Shown in pieces: positions 52,137 to 64,000 of a stretch of 64,000 nucleotides of DNA; position 1 is the first letter of the stretch; every line of letters begins with the position of its first letter. The stretch is taken from assembly GCF_003918875.1 (NCBI RefSeq), contig NW_025766988.1:1054001-1118000 (forward strand), given 5' to 3'. The stretch is from Haliotis rubra (Eukaryota). The notes under the pieces are model-generated. The model worked only from the letters and a program-made list of their open reading frames with translations, had not been told where the DNA came from and searched no databases. The translations under genes were made by a program, and so were the position numbers.

Positions 52137-53625
52137 ATAGAGAATACTACACGAGGTCTCATTACATACGAATTATACGAAACGAGTGTCCTTCCTATGG
52201 TATCTGACCGAGCAAAAGCGAGGTCAGATAACATAGGAAGGTCACGAGTTTCGTATAATTCGTATGTAATGAGACCGAGTGTGGTATTTTATTTATTACC
52301 CACGTCTTACATGCATTAAATTGACAAAATAGCGTATTCTTGTTAATATTTTGGTTTCAAACCGAAACCGGTTTCATACAGAGGTTGCGGAAGAGTTTTG
52401 CATTGTAGTACAACATTTGCATGACGTCACTGTAATGACGTCACTGCCTTGGTAACCGACGTCACGATGCGTGTCAGTTGTCATCGCCTCGTACAGCCTC
52501 CAACAGTAAACTACTCCGTAGCACCCCGTTTCTTGGTTTGCAGTTGCTTCATTCGGCTAACATCACTTGTGGAAACATTGCGTTTACGTTTTTCGACGGG
52601 TATAATGTCTCAGTTCGGCTCACAATTAAACAGCGACACGGCAACGTTCGCGATGTTTACATTCCCACAATGCATTTAAGTTGTAGAATGAATGGATTCA
52701 CGTGTTTGTTATGAATGAAAAAATAGTTACGTCAGAATGTGACCTAATTGAGAGGTCATCGGTTATCCAATCAAATCGTTAGAATCTCAGGTCAAGTCGT
52801 TACGACACAGGTCAACGCGATACGACACTCGTGTGACGTACGAGATTAGTATGCAACTACCCATACGTTGACCACGTGGGTAATAAATAGTGAATACTAC
52901 ACGAGGTCTCATTACATACGAATTATACTAAACGAGTGTCCTTCCTATGGTTTCTGACCTCGCTTTCGCTCGGTCAGATACCTCGGTCACGAGTTTTGTA
53001 TAATTCGTATTTTATGAGACCGAGTGTGGTATTTTATTTATTACCCACGTCTTACATGCTGTAAATTGACAAAATAGCGTATTTTTGTTATTTTTATGGT
53101 TTCAAACCGAAACCGGTTTCATAAACAGGTTGCGGAAGAATGTTGTTCTGTAGTACACTTTTGCCTGACGTCACAGTTTAATGACGTCACTACGCCTTGC
53201 TCGTCTGCCCCCTTGGTAAGCGACGTCACGATGCATGTCAGTTGTCATCGCCTCGTACAGCCTCCTACATTATACTACTCCGAAGCACTCTGTTTCTTGG
53301 TTTGCAGTTGCTTCACTCGGCTATCATCACTGGTGGAAACTTTGCGTCTATGTTTTTCGACGCATATAATGTCTCAGTTCGACTCACAATTAGACAGCGA
53401 TACGGCAACGTTCTCAATGTTTACATTCCCACAATGCATCTAAGTTGTAGAATGAATGAATTCACGTGTTTGTTATGAATGAACAAGTAGTTCTAATTGA
53501 GAGGTCATCGGTTATCCAATCAAATCTCAGGTCAAGTCGTTACGACACAGGTCAACGCGATACGACACTCGTGTGACGTACGAGATTAGTATGCAACTAC
53601 CCATACGTTGACCACGTGGGTAATA
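52137..53625. repeat. Tandem duplication of an element of about 750 bp, each unit starting with a hairpin of about 147 bp
   Basis: Units at about 52137-52887 and 52888-53625 are colinear; each has ttattacccacg / cgtgggtaataa inverted ends downstream of the hairpin. Confidence 0.9.
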
Positions 53626-54402
53626 ATTTGCCCTACGGCATCGTATGAAAAATATGAACCCCCCTATTTTCGCTCTCGTAGGTAATAAAATTAGATTTTA
53701 CTTTTAAATGAACATAAATGCCTATATAATCCAACGTTTGTTACTAAACGCTTCTTATAAATATGTAATAAAATTATTTGCATTTGCAGTGTCCTGAAAA
53801 CGGAAAACACTGCAGCCATTGTTTGACAGGACTTTAGGTTACGGTTGTATACATTTGATAACTTCTATGGAGCAAATAAATATGTTTTCAGGTCGCATAA
53901 CTCCTTGACGTTGTCTTTAAGTATAGAAATGCCAGTATTAGTCTTTCAATATTATATTAGATGAACTAGAGATTCTATTTGGAAATTCTTGTTTGAAGTC
54001 AATATAACGACCATATTCTATGTAACATCTGATTACTCTTTTGATTTATTTGTGTTGAAAATAACTTTAGTTTGTTAAAGGATTTCAGCAAACAATGCAA
54101 TTAAAACAAGTTAAACTATAGTTTTATATATATCTAACATTAAATCATTTTGTGTGACGTAAAATACATCAGAGAATACTCCCACTGCCGTTTATTAATA
54201 AACCGTAACATTATATCCTAGTATTCTGTACATAAGTCAAGTAAATAATACTTGTTGTCATATCGAAGAAATTGTGTTCAGATACAATTTTTTTTCCAAT
54301 TTCCATGATCACAAATGTGCACGCTGACTGAGAATAATCGAGTGTGTTACGGCGATTGAGGGCTGATAGGGTTGGCTTCCCGCGAATGCAAGAGTAGACA
54401 AA

Positions 54403-54760
54403 CAGAACACTGACGTCTGTATGTAGGTCAGAGGCCCTGTCGTACAGTCGGGAGCGGTAGGCGTGGTGACCAGGTCACCCAAGCAATAGATTCCTTCACA
54501 GGTAAGACATGTTTATTTAATGTAACACAGACTATACGTGACAGGCTTGATATCCTAACAAACACTAGAACAACTGCGTTCAAATGTGAAAGCTGAATTT
54601 ATAAACAAAACAAAAAGCTTCATAGAAACTGTGAACTTCACCGACACTGGCTTCGAGAATACAGGGGAGGCAACTCTGTTCTGGTCTTGGTTTCCTCAAA
54701 TCAATACCCGAAAATATCCGGGTTAGAATTGCTCTTCAGCAAGCTTTGTTAGAGACGTCT
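54403..54760 (+). promoter_or_regulatory. Probable non-coding first exon and start of intron 1 of copy 4
   Basis: GC-richer segment ending in strong donor CAG|gtaaga (exon end 54501), 1.7 kb upstream of the copy 4 acceptor; paralogous to 62888-63240. Confidence 0.55.
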
Positions 54761-56208
54761 AATGCAGGCGCGTAGCAAGCCATTTGTCCAAAGGTTGCAA
54801 ATCTTTATATTTAGCTAGTATTGTGGGCTTTACCCAACTTTCACAGCAAAAATCATGTGTAAGCCCGGGCGATTATGGTAGCTACGCCCTTGTAATTGGA
54901 TCGGATGGTCAGGCTCCGTGAGCAGGTTCACAGATAAAATGTATCGAAAATACGGTTGCGCACCATAGAGAAAATGACCAGTCTTCCCACTCGTTTCGCT
55001 CGCGTGTAGTAAGACAGGTCATTTTCTATGTGCTGCGCAACGCGATTTGCGCTACAGTTTGCCTGTGGTTGGTTGATACATGTCGTATATAGTGATCGAG
55101 GATCATGATATTAATCGACTCGTGAAGATACGGGCTAGAATTGAACTTTTGAACTTCCGTAACCCTTGTGACCTTGCACAATGTGGCGTAATGTCCCCAT
55201 CTATATAACCTGTCTGACGTGATCAGGCAGGGAGACGAGGCGAGGAGACGGACTCAAATCATCGACAGAAGCGGACGGATTGTGTGGCTAGTCGGGGCGT
55301 CGGCCATGGCCGCCGCCTCACCAACGACTACGTCGACGATGAAGAATCGCCGTCTGGCTACTGCCTGTGCGTCTATTAAAGTGACAGAGCGGGTCCCCGC
55401 GTCGGGGGCATTGGCCACTCGGTCCCGGTGTGCGATCTGTCACGTGATCACCATCAACTTGTACCATTTGGACCATTTGTTCCCCAACCATAATAAACAT
55501 AGGGGTCTCTGTCTTCATGTCTTCAACTTTATCGCTGACTTTTGTCTTCCGTATGTTGTATACCATCCGAGAGCATCCCGACGAACGCTCTTGGTCAATA
55601 TCATTATACTGTCTATTCCAGCCCTTGTCAGGGTTGTTTCCTTTTCCTTTTTATTGCTTTTAGGGAACGTTCATAATTTATGGCAGTGTTCGAGGATCAT
55701 GATTTTAATCAACCCGTGAAGATGCGGGTTAGAATTGGTCTTCAGTAACCAATGCTTGTCGTGAGAGGCGACTAACGGGATCGGGTGGTCAGGCTCGGGT
55801 GGTCAGGCTCGCCGTCTCGCTGTCGATGTTATTCATCCAAGCACTGCACGCATATCAATGTAAATATATTATATATGCAATTAAACATCAAAAACATGCG
55901 TGTTGGTGTTTGGTGAAAACTGAAATAAAAAATGTAATAACTGTTAATTTTCAGAACTCGTTTACACCAAAACAACAGTTTCAAGATCAACCAAAACGTT
56001 TTAGTGTCGAAAGTTACAAAATGTTTGACTGATCATTTGACTCCCGAGATCCCCCCAATTCCGAATATTATTTGATGCGCCTCAACGATACATTCAGTAA
56101 TGACTTGCTTTTATGGTGGCGACAGGGTTTTAACTCTTTTTCACCGTTACCGTTCCAGATCTCGCAAACAGCCGAACTTACTGTATACATTTTGTTCTAC
56201 TCCTAGAC

Positions 56209-56570
56209 ATGGCAGTGTTCACGGACATCAACAGAGATAAGTACGGGGTTGTTCGGGGTCGGTGTAAGGACTGCCCCGAGGAGTGTCCACAGTATTCCCA
56301 GCCTGTCCTCAGACACAACTGTACGTATTGCGGGTGTCCGGCAGGTCAACATGAGAGGGTGGAACCTCGACCGGAACTCATCATCAAGACAGAACCTGGG
56401 GAGGAGGAGGCACGATCTCCGGGACGGAGAGATGGCAGACCAACACCGGGTCCATCCAGAAGACCAGATGGCTGGACCACGGTCCCACCCCAGCCTGGTC
56501 CCTCCAGGCGAAATGAGTCGCCTCACCGGGATGAATCGCGAACAGTAATCCAGGTACAATTTCAGGTTAG
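56209..56570 (+). CDS. ZnF-GIY-YIG family copy 4, coding exon 1 (Cys6-His module plus P/R/G-rich linker)
   Basis: Acceptor ttctactcctag|AC at 56207, ATG 56209, DKYGVVRGRCKDCPEECPQYSQPVLRHNCTYCGCPAGQH. Candidate donors after 56553 and 56565 (phase 0) or 56570 (phase 2, ag|gtaaaa). Confidence 0.82.
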
Positions 56571-57247
56571 GTAAAAATTTTAGCTTTTAGAAAGTGTTAT
56601 TTTGTCATCTTGATTGTCAACGTTTTACCTTAACTGATAGTTTATCCTGCGTAATCAACAGTGATCCAGGGTTGTTTTTCCCTCGAGGAGCATTTCCCCA
56701 TAACCTGCACACAAGGGATGTCACGATACATATAAGTTTCATAAGTATCACGATACCTTTTTCGCGGCGTTATTGCGTAAATTGAGTTACATTTTGAACA
56801 TTAATATTTCATATTTTATAATTGTCCATGAAAAGATCAACATTTTGTATTCTCAGAGATTAAAAAGTTCTCATTTTCCATCTTTGTGCATGAAAAAATA
56901 ATCATTTATAACTCTCATAACATAAAATTAAACATGATACAATTGCAAAATGTAAACGATATATAAACATATGTCCTGCATCCGCTCCTGCACCATAAAC
57001 CCGGCGATTGGTCTCTTAGGCGCTGGGTATTTTAATCTTTTATTTTGCCAGTTGGGGTACAATCTGAGCTTACCATTTGTAAACCTGTAATCACGGAAAC
57101 TACATGTACCTGACTGCCACTGCCAGCATAATGTGTCTTGCATAGAACATTAATAGGGCAAAGTAAAACTATCATTGTGACACATACTTGATTATTATAT
57201 AGAAATAATTAATACAGTTCATGGTCACTGAACCATTATAGAATCCA

Positions 57248-57926
57248 TACTCAACAATAAAAGTCCTTGTGACACATTCAAAGATATAGAAGAAAAAATC
57301 TGAAACCAAATGCAATACAAATACATGTAATGTACAGAACAGACACCTGACTTGTGAATGTTGACCATTATCTTGGATTAGACACGTTTGTAAACGGTAA
57401 GATGGCCATGTGAATGTTGTCATGCTAAAATCACAGTTCACAGTCTAATACCGGGTAAGACCCCCAGTGCTGGTCAGCCACTGCGGGGACGGTCTCTGAC
57501 GTGAGTGATTTGCTGATGTTATTACCACAAGTTCCATACAGTGTTCCATTAAACCGACGAGCAACTTCCCGTTGCGCGGTTCCGGCTTTGAGCATTCCAA
57601 GTGCCCGCCACCGTTCATTTTCAGAAAGCCTTGACATCAAAAGAGTTTACTTGTGGTTCGAAATTCAATGTTTTTTCAGGCAACACTCATTGAACGTGTA
57701 TTTATCCACAATGAAAAAGATCTATCCGCAACTCATGTTTAAATACCCACAGACTGACTCGTTTTTCACGAAATTGCACGTGCAAAGTCAATTTCACCTG
57801 GTTTTCAAACAGTCACTTAAAAGTTGCTCTGTTATCGTATTATGGACGTGTTTTAATGGTTTGGGTTAAACTTGATCAAATTTATAAAAGAAATGTATGT
57901 GTCACAAGAACTTTTGTTGTTGAGTA
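57248..57926 (-). mobile_element. Internally deleted Tc1-like element in the copy 4 intron
   Basis: TIR TACTCAACAA(T/C)AAAAGT(C/T)CTTGTGACACAT; transposase N-terminal HTH remnant MSRLSENERWRALGMLKAGTAQREVARRFN. Confidence 0.82.
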
Positions 57927-58529
57927 TATTTACTAGAACACAGGATTACACCTGCCTATAAATATGAGATATTGTTTTGATATAAACAATTCATTCAAAC
58001 AAACTTGCAATTGCATACCTGTAATTAGGAAAACTACATGGTGAGGGCTGCCACTGCCAGCATGTTGTGTGCCAGGCAAAGGGCAGCATTTATATCACCT
58101 GAGTGCACAGACTGCAGGAGCCGTCAGAGCCCAGGATGTACCTGCTGGCAGCTAGCTGATCAGTATGGCAAGCTGTGAAGGACACAAATTGTGAATTTGT
58201 AAAATGTGCCAGGGGTGCTATGCTATATATACAAATAAATTTGTAAAACCCTAAGCGAGCCACCTGTAAAATTCAGATATTCGTCGCCAATTTGAACCCT
58301 AATTTGTAGCCGTTTTCTGATTGGTGAATTCCGTTCGTCCGTCTCGCGTTTGATTGGACGGTCATAGGTCGCTCAAAGGACAGCTGGCGCGACCTTCTAC
58401 TGGGGTTTGTTGGACTCAGTATAACAGTGTAACGAATAATACTGAGCCTAAGTTACTTAGTTTGTTGTGACATAAAGATTGATTTTAATTGATTTAACAA
58501 ATTTCTGAGCTTACCTTTGTTGGTTTCAG

Positions 58530-58932
58530 AAAGGTTGTAAGACGTTATTTGAGAATGAGGGTGTCGAGTATTCTCAAGTTAAGAGACACCTCAGCAGAAC
58601 AGAAGCGTGGCGTGTTCACAATCCTGTGGAAGGGGAAAATAATTTATGTTGGAGATCCAAAGAAGACGCCCATATTAACTTGTCTTCGAAGCATATTTAA
58701 TGGTGGAAGCAATCAAGACATCAGCAAATGTTTGAAAAACTTACGCAACGATTTGAAAAGAGCTCACGTCAGAATCGCCTGGCTGAAACACAAAGATGAT
58801 GACCCGCACCTCAAGACGTGTAGAGAAGGCAAGAAAGGGTTGTCATATCGACAATGTCTGTCAAATCTGCAGGGGGAGAAGCCAAGGGATGTGCTTAAAG
58901 GTTTAATGAGAGAGGAAACCATCAATCTGTAG
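58530..58932 (+). CDS. ZnF-GIY-YIG family copy 4, GIY-YIG-like exon; joined protein about 254 aa
   Basis: Acceptor ctttgttggtttcag|A at 58530 (phase 2, matches donor 56570; AAG|G at 58534 would match the phase-0 donors). GVFTILWKGKIIYVG...IFNGGSNQDISKCLKNL...SYRQCLSNLQGEKP. Confidence 0.8.
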
Positions 58933-60903
58933 AATATAATTGTTTTAACTGACACAAAAGTGTAAAGGAGTTACGTGTCAATGATGTCTTGCAAAATTGG
59001 GATGAAACGAATCTCAACGTATCTTCTTAACAGAACACTCACATTGCTTAGCAAAATAAGAATTACTGTTTCTTTGATATATTTAAAAATATTCTTCTCA
59101 ATAAGCAGTCCATTAAATATTAACACACTCAAAATATTTGAAGAAAAATGTTTTCAAATATTCAAATTTTATTATGTCAGATTAATAGGTACTGTTTTTT
59201 ACACTTACTAATTTACTGTAAGTGCGGTTATGCGTTTACCCAGGAATAGATGCTTGTAAGTTTATTAAGTAACTGTCTGGAATTGTCTGGTTGGCGTACT
59301 TACCACTGAGAAACTGTGCGGATAGTTGGATGTATTTCACCCTTCAGTAACATGGGCCATCATGAGAAAAAACTATCAACATCTTCTTTTGGTTAGAAAC
59401 GTCGTAATCCATACGGCTCGTGTTGTATCCTGAAGGTTGCTTACATCTTGAGAAAAAACTATCAACATCTACTTTTGGTTAGTCTGTCTCACAGTCCCTG
59501 AGCAACATTATTTTCCTGACTGCCTAGCCCTCCCTGCAATGCTAAAGCCTTAAATGAAGCAAGTCTAGATTTCCTCATTTTCAGCCTGAATCTCACAACT
59601 AACTGGGGCTTTTTCGAATTATTTGTTACTGTAAATATATATATATATATATATTCAGGGACTAAGCGTTAGTCTAACCTTTGGATAGAGGCTACTTGAT
59701 TGATAAGGGTCGTATTATATCATGAAGGTTGCTTACATCATAAAGCATTGGTTTATTTTTTCCAGATTTGTCAATTGAATATTTAGGAAATAAACATACT
59801 GTGTTGGAAAATCAGAGGTATTAAACGAGATTTTATTGGCTCTAAATTAGCGTGAGGTTTTAAATAAATAATTTAGAGCTATTATAATTTCGTTATTTAC
59901 CTCTGGTTTTTCAACACAGTATGTTTGTCTCCATTCTACCATAACCGCGTTATTAAGATTTTAAAAAGAATACATAGCTGTGTTGGAAAATCAGAGGTAT
60001 AATGTGATTATGTACCTCTGAAAGACTTTTATTAACAATTACAATCCAGTATTTACCGAAGCCATGGTGGAAGTATGATTTGTGTCGGGAATTTCCACCG
60101 GGGTTGTTTGTAAGCTTTTCGTTTTGCATTTGTCTCATTGACTGTTGGGTTGCAAGATATCAAATGAAGATAATAAACCGCATCTACTGCATTTAGGGTT
60201 TATCCGTAGACAGTTTCATTTTAGAATATATATTAATAATTTATATTTTTTATATGTTTTAGTTTAGCCTGGTCTGTGGTCATTATTCTCACATATAGTT
60301 ACATATTTTTACAAATGTTTCAAAAGACTCACTTTCTGAGCGCGGAAATGTTTTGTAGATATATTTTTCAACCTTATGCGCCAATAAAGATTAACAGATA
60401 ATTCTTTCTTTATTCCTTGGGGCATTGCTTCTAAAATGACAGTAACATGATAATTCACACCTCTACAGCGGAAATAGACAAAATGAACATAAAAATAAGG
60501 AAGAACAGTGTGTAACATATCACCCATCGTCGTACTGTCTTTTTACTGAAGGTCTTGGGCGGTGGAGTAGCTTAGTGGTTAAAGCGTTCGCTCGTCACGC
60601 TAAATACCCGGGTTCGATTGCCCACATGGTTACAATGTGTGGGTTCATTCTCAGAACGTGGACAACCTGAAATTTTGTATTCGCAGGCCGTGGACAGACG
60701 GTGTACCTTTGATGTCGTCTGTTGTTTTTGTAAAGGATTAACTGGTCGGGAAGTGTTAAAATGTGAATTAGGTTATCCGGAGTTGTTAAGGTTTCATGAC
60801 GCCTGGTCACTCTGGTAAGCATATGACTATGATAGGTGAGTGAGTTCACTCAGAAATTGTTTTCAGTGTTGATTGATTTAATAAAATAGGTTCACTCCGA
60901 TAC

Positions 60904-61201
60904 GTCAGTCATCCAAAACATATCCATTTTGAACAGAGAGCGATGTTTCTTTAAAACCTGTCGTTTCAGGCATAACTAAAGTTAAGTTTTTACTCGTTTT
61001 TTGCTTCAACCATTGAACACATGCTATTACAGATATGTTGCTAAGGGAAGGTTTATAACTGTACAAATAATTTTGGTCTTGTAGGACCCTACTTAGGCCT
61101 ATTGGCGCAACATAGCACAGATATCTGAGTTATGCCTGAAACGATAGGTTTTAAAGAAACATCGCTCTATGTTCAAGATGTATATTTTTTGAATGACTGA
61201 C
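60904..61201. mobile_element. Long-TIR (about 72 bp) MITE
   Basis: gtcagtcat...agagcgatgtttctttaaaacct...tttcaggcataact and its reverse complement. Confidence 0.8.
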
Positions 61202-62887
61202 CACAATGTCTTAGAGCAACACAACTAGCCTCTATTGTGGTATGGTGTACTTTCAACATACACCCTCTCATTTGAATAGGGCGATGGGGTAGCCTAGTGG
61301 TTAAAGCGTTAGCTCGTCACGCTGAAGACCCGGGTTCTATTCCCTACATGGGTACAATGTGTGAAGCCCATTTCTGGTGTTCCCTGCCGTGATATTGTTG
61401 AAATATTGCTAAAATCGGCGTAAAACCCTACTCACTCCCACTTGAATAGAAAGCTGGAGAAAGTAGGTCGGGCTGTCTGTGAGCGCGCGCTGTTTGAATC
61501 AGGTTACAGCCCGACTGTATTACAAGGCTTTCATGGACTAGGCTTTTGTTGTTACCTTGAATGAAAGGTTTCATTCAAAATAGCATGAACGCTTTAGATG
61601 AAACACGGGTTCATTAACCTTTCTGACCTGTGACGTCCTGCATCCAATCGCCTCTGAATGAGTTCTCCTGCATATTCATGAGAATCAACCAAAAGGGGTG
61701 TCGGCGTACCCGTTCTCTACTACTGACAACTTTACACCGCAAACAGGTAACACATTTCCCATTTTTCAAAAGTTGGTATAAAACTGAACAATTCAGCAAT
61801 CATTCTACTTTGTTGTTTAACACAGCACTCAGAAACAGCCCAGTGGTGGTCTGTAAGTAATCGAGTCTGGACCAGACAATCAAGTGAGTCCGCGCCGATT
61901 TAATAGGGCACTTCGCTTGGTGCACGATTATTCTTGTACCGTACAGCACTACAGAACCATCAACAAAATACAATTTGATATTATGCTTGTGTCCAAAATC
62001 CATGGCTCTCTTGAGACAACTCATTCTCCTCCCACAGAGGTTACTTGTCATACCTTCCTACGAACCTCTGTTCTAATACGGCCATATTTCTCGGTTTTCG
62101 TAGAATCCCATGGCGGCAAAAAAATCGCAACACGAATTATCTCCCTGCTTTCTATCCAACCAGAACACGTGTTACATCGACTTAGATCAAACTTGACTAA
62201 CGGAAGCAAATATGGGGCCACAAATATCCCTCCTCTGCCGGGGACGTGTGTTGATTGGACACACAAGCCATTTAATGGCTTGCTTGTCCGTTGTCAACGA
62301 GGGCGATGGAGACGCCATTGACCCGCCATTACATGACTGAGTTCTGTCTAGAAGAAACGTTGCGCATCGCGCAGGGGAAGAGGTTCTAGTTTTCCCGAAG
62401 CCTACGGAAATTACAGAGGCCTTGCGAATGATCACTTTTGAAACAACTTCGCTGATTTCACAACTAAATCTGATTGCAACCAATCACGAATCCTGAACAC
62501 TCGCAACAGGAAAGGGCCGTAATAGAACAGAGGTTCGTAGGAACATATGACAATTAACCTCTTTGGGAAGAGAATGGAGGCAACAGTGGCATGCTTTGTT
62601 TCCATCATGAGTTTTAACATGATCCACAATAAAATCGTCACACAAATATATATGTGTGTGCAAAACTGCGCAACAATAATCTGTCATGAAGAACCTCGAG
62701 CCACATTATTCAAAACAATCCTTCCCATTATAAATGATAAATATAAGTGATTGAAGGGAGAGTAGTTATATGCCTGTCATTATTGGGTTTATTTGTTACA
62801 ATAAAATTATGTTTGTTCAGAGACTAAGCGTTAGTCTAGTGCAGCTATGAACACTTAAGTTACAAACGAAAGTAAAAGTGGACTTCC

Positions 62888-63240
62888 CAGAATACTGACG
62901 TCACGTCTGTATGTAGGTCAGAGTCCAAGTCGTACAGCCGGAGCGGAGGGTTTGCTGTCCATATCACTCCAGCTATACATTCCTTCACAGGTAAGACATG
63001 TGTATTCAATGTAACACAGACTACGTGACACGCCTCATGTCCTAACAAACACTAGAACAACTGCGTTTTAATATGAAAGCGAATTGATCCAACCCAACAG
63101 AAACCTTCTGAGAAAACTGTGAACTTAACCGACTCCGGCGCTGACAATGCAGGGGAGGCAACTCTGTTCTGCCATTTGTTTTCCTCAAATCAAATCCGGG
63201 TTAGAATTGATCTTCAGCAAGCCTTGTAAGAGGGGTCTAA
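62888..63240 (+). promoter_or_regulatory. Paralogous copy of the copy 4 leader exon and intron start
   Basis: Colinear similarity to 54403-54760 (gtctgtatgtaggtcagag...ttccttcacag|gtaagacatg...cctaacaaacactagaacaactgcgtt...aggggaggcaactctgttct); donor conserved at 62990|62991. Confidence 0.6.
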
Positions 63241-64000
63241 CGGGATCGGAGCGGTCAATGTATATCAACGTATACAGTGTTGAAGGGCCATGATGTTAAT
63301 CATTGGATTGTCTGCTCCAGACTCGATTTATTCATATAGCTTGAGTATTAGCGTGTGTGGCCTTAACCAACAAACACAGAAGTAATCCAAACCCCGAAAT
63401 TAGTGTTAAACACCCAATGTAATATTCCCCACACCTGATTCTAACAGTGGCATACATGCAATGCAATAATTGTCATAGACTAAACCATTTCAATAAGTTT
63501 CTTTAACACTCCATATAATCAAACGACATAATTGTTTCAGTGAGTATCTAACGTTCAACAAACTTCTCTCTCCTCTGTCTGTTGTATAGTGTATTTAGTA
63601 AACATTCGGTGTAACCCCACTAATCATAACCAACCCCAGCCCCACCCCCATACCCCCATATAATTGCATCATATTTTAAACTTTTTTTAAAATGTCCTTA
63701 TAAACAAATGATGTAGGTATAAAATGGCAAAAGAAATTTTATCATGATAGCAGGAATTTAGGGTCAAAATTTTGAATTGAAGTTTAATGTTCCCCATATG
63801 GGAACATTGGCAGGATCATCGTTAAAATCAACATATTCACTTAAACTGCATTAATAGATAAGAAAAAACAGCAAATGATCTGTTCAATTCTTTTATTTTC
63901 GAATGAGATATCTTGTCCTTTTTGATAAAGCCAATGAATTTTATTTATATCATTGAATTTTCTGTTCCTTTTGTCAGCAATGTAATTGGCAAGAATAAGG

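Noticed and set aside
24187-58932. GIY-YIG ORFs as Penelope elements or homing endonucleases
   Set aside because: No adjacent RT, pseudo-LTR or group I intron; conserved spliceosomal exon structure and loss of catalytic residues point to host genes.

Overview
AT-rich, repeat-dense animal genomic DNA with spliceosomal introns and two N-gaps. The SINE families resemble those I recall from gastropod molluscs such as abalone, but the host assignment is unverified. Most short ORFs in the track are noise. The window holds: (1) a TRIM-NHL gene (RING, two B-boxes, coiled coil, NHL propeller) with a single coding exon on the minus strand; (2) the main finding, a tandem cluster of at least four diverged paralogues at about 24-59 kb, three on minus and one on plus. 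Each has an upstream exon for a Cys6-His zinc-finger-like module and a downstream exon for a GIY-YIG-fold domain lacking the canonical catalytic Arg; copies 1 and 3 add long disordered tails. Copies 1 and 4 splice in frame, copy 2 has a phase mismatch, copy 3 has a decayed zinc-finger exon, and a duplicated leader exon at about 62.9 kb predicts a fifth copy beyond the window; (3) a candidate small spliced gene driven from a symmetric two-TATA promoter at about 21.6 kb; (4) a DD34E Tc1 transposon interrupted by a 33-bp minisatellite, a decayed L2-type LINE with nested SINE and MITE, three SINE families, many MITEs, and a 750-bp tandem duplication whose hairpin loop is flipped between copies.
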